From positions 9,749,097-9,813,096 of the forward strand of contig CM082598.2 in the NCBI GenBank assembly GCA_040954595.2: a stretch of DNA of 64,000 bases, given 5' to 3'. Below the pieces are notes generated by a model. The model was not told the origin of the DNA. It searched no databases and saw only the letters and a program-made list of their open reading frames with translations. Position numbers and translations under genes: made by a program. Shown piece by piece: positions 29,101 through 42,100 of this stretch. The stretch comes from Balanoglossus misakiensis. Its lineage: Eukaryota; Animalia; Hemichordata. The stretch's first letter is position 1. Each line of letters opens with the position of its first letter.

Positions 29101-30107
29101 TTGAGATAAATTTTCGTTAAAATTTTTTCCCCATAGACAAACCATTGGTGAAAAACAAGAGAGAGACCTTGTCGCTTTACAAAAGAAGTAAAAAATGAAT
29201 GTTGTAATAGTGTTGATGTACTTGTAATTTCAGATGACCAGAATATTAGAGGAGTACTTAGATGACTACAACCAAGTGAATACAGCCCAGATGAAACTTG
29301 TATTATTTGAAGATGCAACAAAACATGTATGTCGTATCAGTAGAATCATCCGGCAGCCATTGGGCAATGCTTTATTACTGGGTGTTGGTGGTAGTGGACG
29401 TCAGAGTTTGACCAGATTAGCAACTCACATGTAAGTGGTCTTTACAGCTAAGAATATTGTAAAACGTGTTATTTTTGCAAGCAATAAATTTTCGCTAAAT
29501 ACACGAGAGAGCCAAAAAAAACGCGAAAATAAAAAGTCGCGTAAATATAGTCAAACACACTCACAACAAAATGTTTTCAGTTTGAAAGTGCAGGTAATTT
29601 ATTAAAATGGTTGCGGTTTAATAATTTTGCTATACATTGTGCAATTTGTGGTTTGTGGTCAAGAATCTTGCTACAAATGTTACAAATGAGTGTACAACAG
29701 GATGTTTTTCGGAGATAATGATGCAGTTACTGGAATACGAGAACGCGAAAATTAATCCTTGCATAATGGTTGCCTCTTTTGATGTCGCAAAAATTTCCTG
29801 TCATGAAAATAACCCGTTTTACAGTATCTAGATTGTGTGCATATTTACATGTTACTATCTGCTCTGTGTTATCAATGAAAAATATTTCAAGCACCCTTGC
29901 AGTAGTTTGTCACTCATAAGCAATAGTAAGCTCGGAGGTCAGAGGAACACCCTCTCCCTCTCACACAAACTCCTCATATGTTTCATTCCCTCTTGCTACA
30001 AAGTAATACTACAGCTGTATCATTCTCTAAATTCTACTTAATAAAGCAAAATGCGAGGGGCCTGAGTACCAACCTAGTACATTTGAATAATTAAAGAATG
30101 GGGCATT

Positions 30108-30142
<35 letters not shown>

Positions 30143-33100
30143 TGCCTTGGACAAAAAAAAACTAGTAAAAGACAACATACTGGCACAAAACAACTAAATA
30201 TCTACAAATCATACGAAACTACACCTAGTAATATCAAATTTTTTTAAAATATTATAAAAATTCATAGTGGTTGAAGCCGAGGAATAATAGAATCTCACAA
30301 TCCCAAGGGCCTGGGATCATATTTCACACGAGTTGGGGATTTTCCCGACGAGTATGAGAAATATGATCCCAGGTCCTCGGTGTGTGAGATTATATTTCTC
30401 ACACGGTCACAAATTAGCCAAATTCGTTAAAACATTGAATAAATGACTCTGGAACTGTCGTCTGGGGACGGTGTAGTCTCTGTCCCTTTAATAAGCATCG
30501 CGCCATTTGATAACATTTATCGTGCGTTAGCCAAAGAATGCTTTGTCAACCAATCAGCGCTCGCGTCATATACAGCTTACGGTTCAGTGAGAGCGTGGGA
30601 TCAATTTGTTCTCACACTCTGTTCTCACACTCCCAGCGTGCCAGGAGTGTGAGAATGCACAATCACCCGTGATTCATTTGGTTAAATTTTCTAATGTGTC
30701 ACCCACCCCCTTCATTCTCCGCCACATATCATTTTTTTTGCTGGTTTGTCTAGTGTACCAGGGCAGAGTGCTTGCCACCCCAACCCCACTGATGATAATA
30801 TTTAACAAAGTAATACATAAAGGAGAATAATCGTTTAAACCATTTCGCATAACTGATAGTTTTGCGCTGCATCTTCTATATACTAGAAGTTTTATAAATG
30901 ATGTAATGACGAAGATGACGCCAAATCTTCTGACTTTGAGTGGAGTGGCAAAAAGTAAAATTGGTCCTCCCAAACATTGAGATAATTTGCTTTTGAGTTC
31001 ATAAAAATGCAACTTTGAGCTACATATGTTACAAAATTTTCTTATGTGGGAGGGGGACACCCCCTCCCACACCCACCCCCTCCATTCTTCGCCACATTGC
31101 ATTTATTCACTGGTTTGTCTACTGTACCAGGGAAGACTTCTTGCCACCCCACCCCCGATGCTTACTTTGACTGGAGTGGCAAAATTAAAATTTGTCCTGC
31201 CTAACATTGAGTTAATTTGTTTTTGAGTTCATTAAAATGCAACTTTGAGCACCGTATTTTACAAAATTTTCTTATTTTCTCATGCCCACCACCGCCACTT
31301 TTCTTGTTTTACCAATTCTAGCAACTATTGATAAGAAAATACTGAAATTATGAAAAATTGTAGACAAACCTCAATATTTCGTACTTAGGCCAAACAAATA
31401 ATATGTGCTGTTCTGATTACCTGGTTTTCAAAAATAGGGTAGGTTGGTAGGGAAATTTTTTATTTGCAATCTCTCTGGCCGCCATAGTGTAGAAGAATGA
31501 TGTCGTAGTTCTCGCGTGATTCGCAAAATTTTCATAAATTTTGTATATTAGACACCTTATACATGTATTTACTTCCGGTTTACGAAGCTCTAAAAGTTTA
31601 TGGTCGGCAGTTAAAATTAGGGTAGGTCGGGTAATCGAAACAGCACATATTTTTTTTATTTTGTTCACCCGTGAATAAAAGTGTGATTAATCTTTGTTTT
31701 GCAGGGCTGAGTATGACTGCTTCCAGATTGAACTATCCAAAAACTATGGAGTTACTGAATGGAGAGATGATCTCAAGCAAATCATGTTGAAAGCTGGTCT
31801 AGAAAACAAACCAATTGTGTTCCTATTCAGTGATACACAGGTAGGTGATTGTGATACTAAAACTTGCCCATCAAACATGATCTTATAGAAATTGGTTTAA
31901 CAACTGTCTACACTGAACATGTTTTGGGGAATATTATAAGGTGGGTTTGAGTGGCTGTGGAGAGCAAGTGATTTTGTCTGCTGACAATAAAAACTTGATA
32001 ACTCAAAATGTAAAGTTTACAGGATTTTACAGAGAGAGAGAGAAGGGGGGAGGGAGGGAGAGAGAGAGGGGGAGGGAGGGAGGGAGGGAGAGAGAGAGAG
32101 AGGGAGGGAGGAAGGGAGGGAGAGAGAGAGAGAGAAGAGACAGACAAACAGACAGATAGACACACACACAGAGACAGATTGAATTCTCCAGAGTTAATTT
32201 GCCAACATCAATAACCTGATTGATGTTTTCCCACAGATCAAAAGTGAATCCTTCTTGGAAGATGTCAACAACATTCTGAATTCTGGGGATGTACCCAATA
32301 TCTACAGTTTTGATGAATTAGATCAGATATTCAATGCAATGAAACCAGTGGTAGTGGACCTAGGTCAACAACCAACCAAAGCCAATCTGTACTCCGCTTA
32401 CACTAAGAGGGTGAAGAGTAACATACATACTGTGTTGTGTATGAGGTGAATTTTAAAGCCTTCAGAGCTGCCACTTTTTGCATTATTTTCATAATTTTAT
32501 TTTCCGACTTAAATTGGTCCAGCTAAATCATGAAATACATGAACACCTTATTGATGCCCGATTGTGACTGCATGTTGCAATTTGAACACGCAATGTATTA
32601 AACAGGTGCTGCACCCATTTAATCAGCCTCCATACAAACAGTACGCAGCTATCGTGGTATGCGTCGCCAAGAGATGACAAAACTGATGCAAAAATTCAAT
32701 GCGTATTTTGCCTCCAATCCTTACACATACATTTATTTGGTTTAGTCCCATAGGAGAGATCTTTCGTGCCCGACTTCGTCAGTTTCCATCATTAGTCAAT
32801 TGCTGTACCATAGATTGGTTCAGTGAATGGCCGGATGAAGCTTTGCAATCAGTGGCAAGGACATTTCTGTCTGAAATTCCAGATATTGAGCAAGGGGATG
32901 ATGAAACTACAGAGAGAATCATTGGTGCATTGGTAAGTGTTGCAAACTATCAACTATCAATAAATTAAAGGCATCTCCAAGGTACATACGCCCATATATG
33001 GCTGGAATGGCATATTTGTGTGTTCTAAAGAACATATGGTGGTGCTCTTTTTTCCCGTGGCCACCCACTGAAAATCTGTGATTGGCTAAATCTCAATTTG

Positions 33101-36100
33101 CCATGGTAGATTTACCTAAATTTGCATAGGTGACCGTGTACCTTTAAACACAGTCCCTCAAGAAAGACGGTCGGAAAAACTCTCGGGCCCCTATTGTTAT
33201 GATGCTCATTATGGTTTACTGAAATGTTTATTGGATGTTTATTCGGTTAATCCAATTAACACCCCGGATCGGAAGCATGTCCGAAGTCAGGAAGAGACGT
33301 TGAAGTCATTTGCATCAGATTAGGATATGCGGTGATGTCATCATAATTTATTTAGGACATGTGTGGAAAATATTTGTGTACTGTTGCTGTTATTGTTGTA
33401 GAAATGTCGTTTAAGATATAGTCCCTCCACCAACATGTCGATTTGTGACTCTTATTCTAACCCTAACCTTGTCGATCAGAACGCGACCCAGGAATACGTA
33501 CTGGAAAGTGACCCAGGTCTTTGAGTGAGTGATCGAAGACAGTGCATTTGTAGGGCTTCCTTTCTGGTCGACGGCGATCACTGTGCAGCTCAAAAAGCAA
33601 CATGGAATTTTCATACAATTTTCTCAGTAACATTAACAACTTTGGCAAAATTATAGTAAACAACGCATGGTGTTTATACGATACAACTTCAGTAGAAGAT
33701 TGACAATGGCTATCGAATTTGAAAAACGCATTTTTGAACGGTACAAACGCGACACACTTGAAGCATAATGAACACACCCGATCACACTGCCATCTTGGAA
33801 AGCGCTTGCTGGCTCGAAAATGGTTTTGCATTTTTCATAAAGTTGAACATTTATATGTCACCAGTCATGTCCTGATAGCTCAAGAATTTAGTACTAAAGA
33901 TCACCAAAACCAATACAAGACTTATCATGATCAAGAGAATGAAAAATCGCCCATTTCATTTTGAAGCCACCTTATTTAATCATCGTAGATAGTAGAGCGA
34001 CTGTCGCTTGCTTCCAAGGAAAAAGCGCCACTCTAAGACCATAATGAGCATCCTACAGCTATTCCTCTCGTTCACACGTCCGAACAATAGGCGATTCCCA
34101 ACCGTCTTTCTTGAGGGACTGTGATTTAAAGTTGCCACAATGCAAAGTGTAATTCAAAATAACAACCACATTCTTTGTAGTGATGTACTTCTATAACAGT
34201 TACACTGACTGTGCACCGATGATGACATTGCCAGCGACTGAGTCATATGAGACTCGTACCTGCAGCTGCAGACATGGCAACACCCACCCTTTAAAGGGAC
34301 AAAGTCTCTCTCTCGCTCCCCTTTATCCATTAATTATGTTTGTTACAAGACACTGTTTATGTTAATTTACATGTGGATATATAGTGAATCAATGTTCAAC
34401 TACACACACCTTCCACTCTGCTTGTAGACATGAGAGTGAAAAAACTTGCCAAAATGAATAATCAGTCTCTACCGATCTCGGTCTCATTGGAAGTTGTGTG
34501 TGGTTGAATGTTCATTCACTACATATACACATGTACATATTAAACATAAACAGTGTCTTGTATCAAACATGATTAATGGAAAAGGGCAGCAAGAGAGAGA
34601 CATTGTCACTTTAATATTTACAACGGAAAGATACATTTCAGGCATAAGTGAGAGTTTGAATTTCCGACAATTTGTTAAAGCCCCAGTATTTCTCGTGTGT
34701 ATCCATTTTTCATCATCGAAAATTGCCTGTTTTTCCCTTACATTCATCATGGAATACTACATAATGAAGATATAACTTTTATAAGAAAGGTTTGGGCAAC
34801 TGTAGCTACATGCAAGCTGTAAATATTGCCCGTAACACTTGAAATCAGGGTGGGTTTGTTTACAATGGAAATGTTGTACATGTCGATCAGCAAACGTGCC
34901 ACTTTGACATTTGATGTCAAACCATTTTCGGATTTGATCTGGTTCCATTGACTGATTTCGTCCCATATAGTTATCTTCCCAGAATTTCGCCAAATTAGTG
35001 CGCGTTTCTTCGCTGAGTCGCTAGATTTGGGGCGACCAAACCTCTTCCGCGTTTTGAGTGCGCATGCGCAGTAGTGTTATTACATTGCATTTGTCAACAG
35101 AGCCTGACTTTCTGTCTGGACAGAAAGTCATTCTTCATTCTTTATATTGTAAATTGTATGTGTTTATGAACAGAGCTGGGCATGATAACTGTTCGATTCA
35201 GTATCTATTTTCATGTACTTTTAGAAATTGAAGATACTGTTTCAAACAAAATTTATGCGAAAACGAGAAATACTGAGGCTTTAAGGGAACATATTTCACT
35301 GTGTCAGTTATTTAATCAAACAATTTTATAATCTACAATTGTAGTCATATTTTTGTTAGGAATTTCTTGTTGATTCCATATATCCTGTAAATCACATTGT
35401 GTGATATCTGATATGTTTTTTTTTTGTTTATGAAAATTTGTACTTATGACATGTGACAAAATGTTTATCTTGTGACATGGTCTGTGTAATTCAGCTTTTT
35501 AGCTCTGCTGTCACTTGTGTCAGCCAAGCTGTAGCAGTAGGTTGATAAGTGTCCGTCTGTCGTCCGTCCGTCCATCCATCGTCCGTCAACTTTTGGTATT
35601 TCAATCTTTTTCTTTAAAACAGCTTGGCATATTTAGCTGAAATTTGATTGGAATGTGTGTTATGGTGCCTTTAACTGATTTTGTTAATTTGGATTTGATG
35701 GGGTCATGAATATGCAAATTAGATCTAAAAATAGAAGTTTTGGTAAAAATCTTCTTCTCCATAACTACATGTACGATGGAGCTGAAATTTGGTAGGAATG
35801 TGTGTTATGGTGCCCCCACCTGATTTTGTTAATTTGGATATGATAGGGTCATAAATATGCAAATTAGATCTAAATATAGAATTTTTGGGCAAAAATCTTC
35901 TTCTCCCTAACTACATGTACGATGGAGCTGAAATTTGGTAGGAATGTGTGTTATGGTGCCCCTACCTGATTTTATTAATTGGAATTTTGATGGGGGCATG
36001 AATATGCAAATTAGAACCTTGGTGCTTCCTTTTGATGTTGTTCTTTAGGATTCAATTCTTTCTTTCTTTAGCACAATGAATCAAGCTGAATTTGGATAAA

Positions 36101-39100
36101 TACTTGTGATGTCTACCGTAATCACTCTATCAGTTCAACCACTCCATTAATTCAACCACCCACTATTCTTTGGAAAATTAATTATTTTATAACCTTCAAT
36201 TGTTTGACCACTGATTAAATGCATGTGTTGATATTGTGTATTTTTCATGAAAATATCTGCAACTTTGACCTTCCAAGGTATTCAGAACTCACTGATTTTA
36301 TTCTGGCTGACCTTAAACAGTTCAATTATATCATAAATATCACCTAAACTACATGCTGATAGTGCATACAGTGCATGCCATGCAAACATGCCCCCCTGAA
36401 AAATTATTCAAGCACTTTGAGTGGCCTTTTTTTGTTGTTATTTTTATTCTTTTAGTTTGTCTTTTCACGAATCATATTTATTTTTTTCTGGTCGAACTGA
36501 TGGAGTGATTACGGTATGTTTGGTTTTGTTCAATAGAATACAATTGTTATGAATTAAAACCTAGTGTATTTATATCATTGCATTGCCCAGGTTACACTGA
36601 CTGTTAAAGTCAGCAGAGCTCTTTTGACCAACAGGTCACTTGTTTATTTATAAGACCAAATTTCATATCAAAGTTGAGATGGCAGAGAATACTATATTTC
36701 ATTGACACTATAACTGTTATAATGAACACAGGTCAGTATGTGTGTAGAAGTGCACCAGTCAGTAGCCAAGAAATCACGTCAGTTCCTTGATGAACTTTCG
36801 AGACATGTCTACATCACTCCAACTGCATATCTGGAACTGCTTGGTATCTTCTCCAACCTGATTGGCATGAAGAAAACAGAGTTAAAGACTGCCAGGAACA
36901 GAATGAAAACTGGATTAGACAAGGTAATTAATGTCTCTTCATTTATATGCAATTCACAATCTGTGGAACTATTACCAGGTTCACACAGGGTAAAATTTGA
37001 GACACTATTTGCCTATATGGTAAACACAGAGCATTAATCCTTTGAGTCGCCGGTGTCCACACACACAGAGTTTATGTATAGGCGCTGAGGCTCGGCCCTA
37101 TAGACAATGGGGGGCAGAGAGGTGTTAATCCTTACACCGGCTCAGGTTTGGCCAGCAAAGCCATCTCAAATCTGAGCCGTTTCAGGACCACTTACACCGT
37201 CCACACACAATTTTTTTAGGACGGTTTCTAATTTGAGACGCTTCAGAACCGTCTTAATGGTGCCTGTGTGACCACCATATTAAACTGTTCACCCATAATA
37301 ATTTACGCCAGTATTTGATCTGATTGAAACGTTTCAGAACCGTCTTAATGGTTCCTGTGTGACCCCCATATATGAAACAAAGTCACCCGGGATTAGTCCC
37401 CAAAGAAACTCAGCAAGTTAAATCCCTGATAAGTTTTTAGGTCCCATTAATTAATGTCACCAGTCATAGCTCAAGAATTTAGTTCTAAAGATCACCAAAA
37501 CTGATATAAGACTTATCGTGATAAATAGAATGAAAAATCGCCCATTTCATTTTGAAGCCACCATATTTACATTTGGCCTAATTCATTGTCTTTGTCTGTC
37601 TCTTTATGTGTCTGTCTGTTCAGGGGCTGACTGAAAGAAGTTGCTTGTCCTATGTGTTTGTACAGACAATTTTTGGTCAAAACTAAAAATTTTCTAGCAC
37701 CATTTGTAAGACTACCATGACACATGGCAGTTTATTGGGCATGTTCCTTGTTAATTTTTTTACATTCCATATTTCCATGATTAGATCATATCTGCTTGCA
37801 ATGTCACCAGTAATTTTTATTCTAGTGTATCCCTATTTCTGCGTAATCCTCAAATGGGACCACAGTGTCCTTGATGCTATTTTTTTCTTTTGTTATATCA
37901 AAATGAATCACGATATTGATTTCCTGAAAACAATGCTTTATGCCAATTTACCAAATCGAGCAGGTGCGAAAATGACTTTACAGTGAACTGTGTGTTGCTG
38001 CTGTAGTAATTCCATCACGTGCCGAACCTACTGTCAATAATGGGTATGTCCACCCCTTCTCCTGATGACCTCTCGCAGGCGCTTCGGCATAGTATCGACG
38101 AGTTTCCGACACATATTTTGCTGAAATTGTTCCCACGATATCACTATGCGGTTAAAAAGGTCGTCGATGCTGTGAATTGGACGGGAATGAACGTCCAAGT
38201 CGATTAACTCCCACAGGTTCTCAATGGGGCTCAAATCTGGAGACTGGGCTGGCCACTCCAACGTAGTAAAATTATCAAAAGGATAGCCGTAATCCTGGGA
38301 ATTTTGTAGAAATGATTTCACATCCAAGGCAGTATGTACGGGGGCATTATCCTGTTGGAACACAAAATCGGGCCCGACGAGTCTCAAAGCCGATGGTAGC
38401 ATTTCGTTTTGTAGTACGTCTAAGTACTTCCAGCGATTCATGGTGTTCTCGACTCGAACGAGTGAACCAACACCTGCAGCCGAGAAACACCCCCAAACCA
38501 TGACACTGCCACCACCAAACTTTACTGTGGGACTGATACAGTCAATTTCGTACTCTTCGCCGGGTCGCCTTCTAACGAAAACTCTCCCTCGGCTCCTAAA
38601 CACGGTGAACTTGGACCTGTCCGACCAAACAACCCGGGACCACTGAACAGGTGTCCAGTTCACATAACGCCGGGCGAAACGTAGTCGCGCTGCGATATGC
38701 CGGGGTTGTAATTTCGGTTTTTTCTTGGCCACACATCCATGGAGTCTGGCTCCTCTATACAATCGGGATTTGATGGTGCTCATACTCAAAAGTTTCCCGG
38801 TGTCCTCATGAAACTTAGCGCGGAGGTCACGGGCCGTCTTAAATCTGTCCGTCAGGCTTGATCGTATTAACATTCGGTCTTCCCGTTCCGTTGTTCGCCT
38901 TGGCCGTCCAGATCGGTGTAAATTGTCCGTGCTACCATTTTGAGCAAGTTTCCGAATGTTGTACCTGACGCTGCCTTCGGTGATTCCAAGCTACCTTGCG
39001 ATTTCCCTGTTCCTCAAACCTTGCCTATGCAGTGCCTCAATTTGACCTTTCACAAATTCAGGAAGTTCGCGAACTTTGGGCATGATTTCATTGATTCAAT

Positions 39101-42100
39101 GTTTACAAACAAAAATTATGCAGCAACCTCCGACGACCTCGATCAGAATATTCATAAGCAAGTCTGGCAGATTTTCCCGCCCCCAAATTTAATCGGAATT
39201 ATATTTAAAAGCTCTGATTGGTGGAGATTTAAATATGAATATAGAGGGAAATTAGCCACAGAAACAATGACGCGAAAAGTTAATGAGATGCAAATGATAT
39301 GTTAATGAGTATACCGCCATTGCAACAACCATAGGAATTGTCACTGGCCGGAAAACTCGCCGCGTATGCAGTCATATTCAGCGCGGCAACACATCTGTGT
39401 TGACTAAAATGGGTTAAACCTTCCGTAGGTTATTTATTTTCGGAAATAAGTTACAGCCGATCGATTTTGTGAGTAATTTTTCATGTCAAATGTACATTTT
39501 CAAGGTGCGTAAATACTTATTGGCGGGTCTGTACATGTTTCTCTCTCTTCTCATTATAGTTGTTGAGTACGGCTGAAGAAGTTGATAAGTTACAGAAAGA
39601 GTTAGAAACAATGAAACCCATGTTGGAAGAGGCAGCAAAAGAGACAGAACAGACCATGGAAAAGATTGCTAAAGACACAGTGAGTGAATGATCCCCATTT
39701 GTTTACAAGTATGCACAACTGTGACAGTTTCATAAAAGTCATAGACTTGCCACACTCGCTGTGCCTTGCATTCTCTGTACAGAGATTGTAGCTAACCTAG
39801 CTAGGGAGTCTGACTGGCCGCACTAGAGTGGCTGCCGGTCAACCCTCCTAGCTAGATTAGAATTATCCAATGCTACAATCTCTGTACGGAGAATGTTTGC
39901 CTTGTTGTGTGCACCTCGCAGGCACAATGGGCCTACATTCAAAGGCTGAACGGATGCGCTGCCAGACATGTAGCGACTGTCTGTTCTGGACATGAATATT
40001 CATAAGTCAAAAGATACATCCATATTCAGGTACTAGGTATGATGAATGAATGAATGCATGAATGAATGAATAAATGAACTAGACTCCTCGCTATGATTGT
40101 TTGAATATGGTCTCTGATTCAGTGAGTGTAAAAAAAAATTCTGATTGGCAGATGCCTAGAGTTCTTTATAAAGTTCCTGGATCAGGAGAAATCTCTGCCA
40201 GGTTGCTTGCCAGAATGTCCAGACCCTGAGATTTGGTGCGGCGCGTCTCTGGAGGAGGCGCGCGTGTTCTGCGGAATCTCAAGGTCTCTGCTAGACTTAT
40301 ACCAGTATATCATACAATGCATTCTACAGCAAGTTGAAAAAAAACACACATCACAAAATATCACAGCTTCTGGTGATCAAACCATATTGCAGAGTGAACT
40401 AATGGTGTTACTTTGACATTGTTTGTTTAGATTGTTGCTGAAGAAACACAAAAAGTTGTACAGAAGGAAGAAAGTGAAGCAGCAGCCAAAGCTAGAGAAA
40501 CTCAAGCCATCGCTGATGATGCACAGAGAGATCTCAATGAAGCTCTACCAGCATTAGATGCAGCTTTGGCCAGTCTGAAATCACTGAACAAAAATGATGT
40601 CATAGAAGTAAGTCATTAAAGCCCCTATACATGTAGCTGCTAAATTTCACATTTTTTTCCATAGTAAAATACTTCAAATATATTACCTATCCTCTAAAAT
40701 CCTCATCATTAAGCCATATTACTTGCATAAATTTGCATCACTTTATCATCTCTTGGTAACGCATACCACGATAGCCGAGTACTGTTTGTATGGAAGCTGA
40801 TTAAATTGGTGTGGCACCTTTTGAATACATAGCGTGTTCAAATTGCAACATGCAGTCACAATTGGGCATCGATAAGGTGTTCATGTACATGTATACCCCT
40901 ATCAGTAAGCTTATTTAGCTGGACCAATTTAAGTTGGAAATATAACCATGAAAACAATGCAAAAAGTGGCAGCTCTAGAGGCTTTAAATCTTCACCATAG
41001 AGTAGAAGTCAATGAAAAAAATTCATGGAGTTATCGGACAAAAATGATGATGCCAGTCTAAAAAAATACATCCTTTAATCTAAAATTACTATTTACTTTG
41101 TACATTGAAGAAAGTCATTGAATGAGTCATTAAGGATGTGCGCGCAGAATATAAACTGGCAAACAGCGCGAACTTGTGCACATGTGTGTCTTCCCATAGG
41201 CTTACATTGAGATTGCTAGAAAACTCACTTCTACTATAATAATTTCTCATTTTCACCAATAGCCCCAGTCATGTGAAAATACATGTATATTAATTGGTCA
41301 AATAAAATTGTATGGTCACCACGATCTAATTTTAGATAAGAAATGTTTTTCCCATACACAAACCACTGGCGGAAAAATGCTAACTCAGCTGTTTTTGTCA
41401 ATTATCAACTAAATTCAAGGCCTTGTATTTAAAAAACAAGCGCGGTGACCCCATATATTTTATTACAGATTTTTATTATGCTTACAAAGGAGAAACCAAA
41501 GACCCACAATTTAAAACAAAAAGATGTTTTTTTTTTATTTTACTGGTCGTACATCCTTAAAATGGTTATTGCAAGCCATGATGTCATTGAAGTACGTGTA
41601 TGTCAGTCAGTCCAGTATTGAACAATGTGATGTCATTATTACAATCCACTGACTTTATATCATTAAAGAGGATGTTACTGATTAGTAAGTCATTGAGCCT
41701 GTAAGTGAACAAAACTAATGTCATTGAAGCAAATTCCAGGCACAACAAGTATTAACTTGCTATTCTGTAGTCTTGTCACATTGAAACCAAAATAAATCAT
41801 AAACTAGAGAGAAATTGTTTTATAAAAATTTTCACCTTATTCTGTAGTCAATCTGAAAATTTTAAGCAAAACATTATTTATGAAAAAAATCTGGATGATT
41901 TTGAATTTGTTTTCATGAATCATGTTACTGAATATAAGCATTTAATTATTAAATATAATGTGTTTAACCATGTTATTGTATAGGTACGTGCCATGCAAAG
42001 ACCGCCCAATGGTGTACGCCTTGTTATTGAAGCTGTGAGTATCATGAAAGGTGTCAAACCCAAAAAAGTTGCTGGTGATAAACCTGGTGAGAAGAAAGAT

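Noticed and set aside
33149-34123. CACAGT termini suggesting a RAG/Transib RSS-like transposon
   Set aside because: Heptamer is CACAGTC, I see no nonamer-like motif, no 5-bp TSD and no coding remnant.
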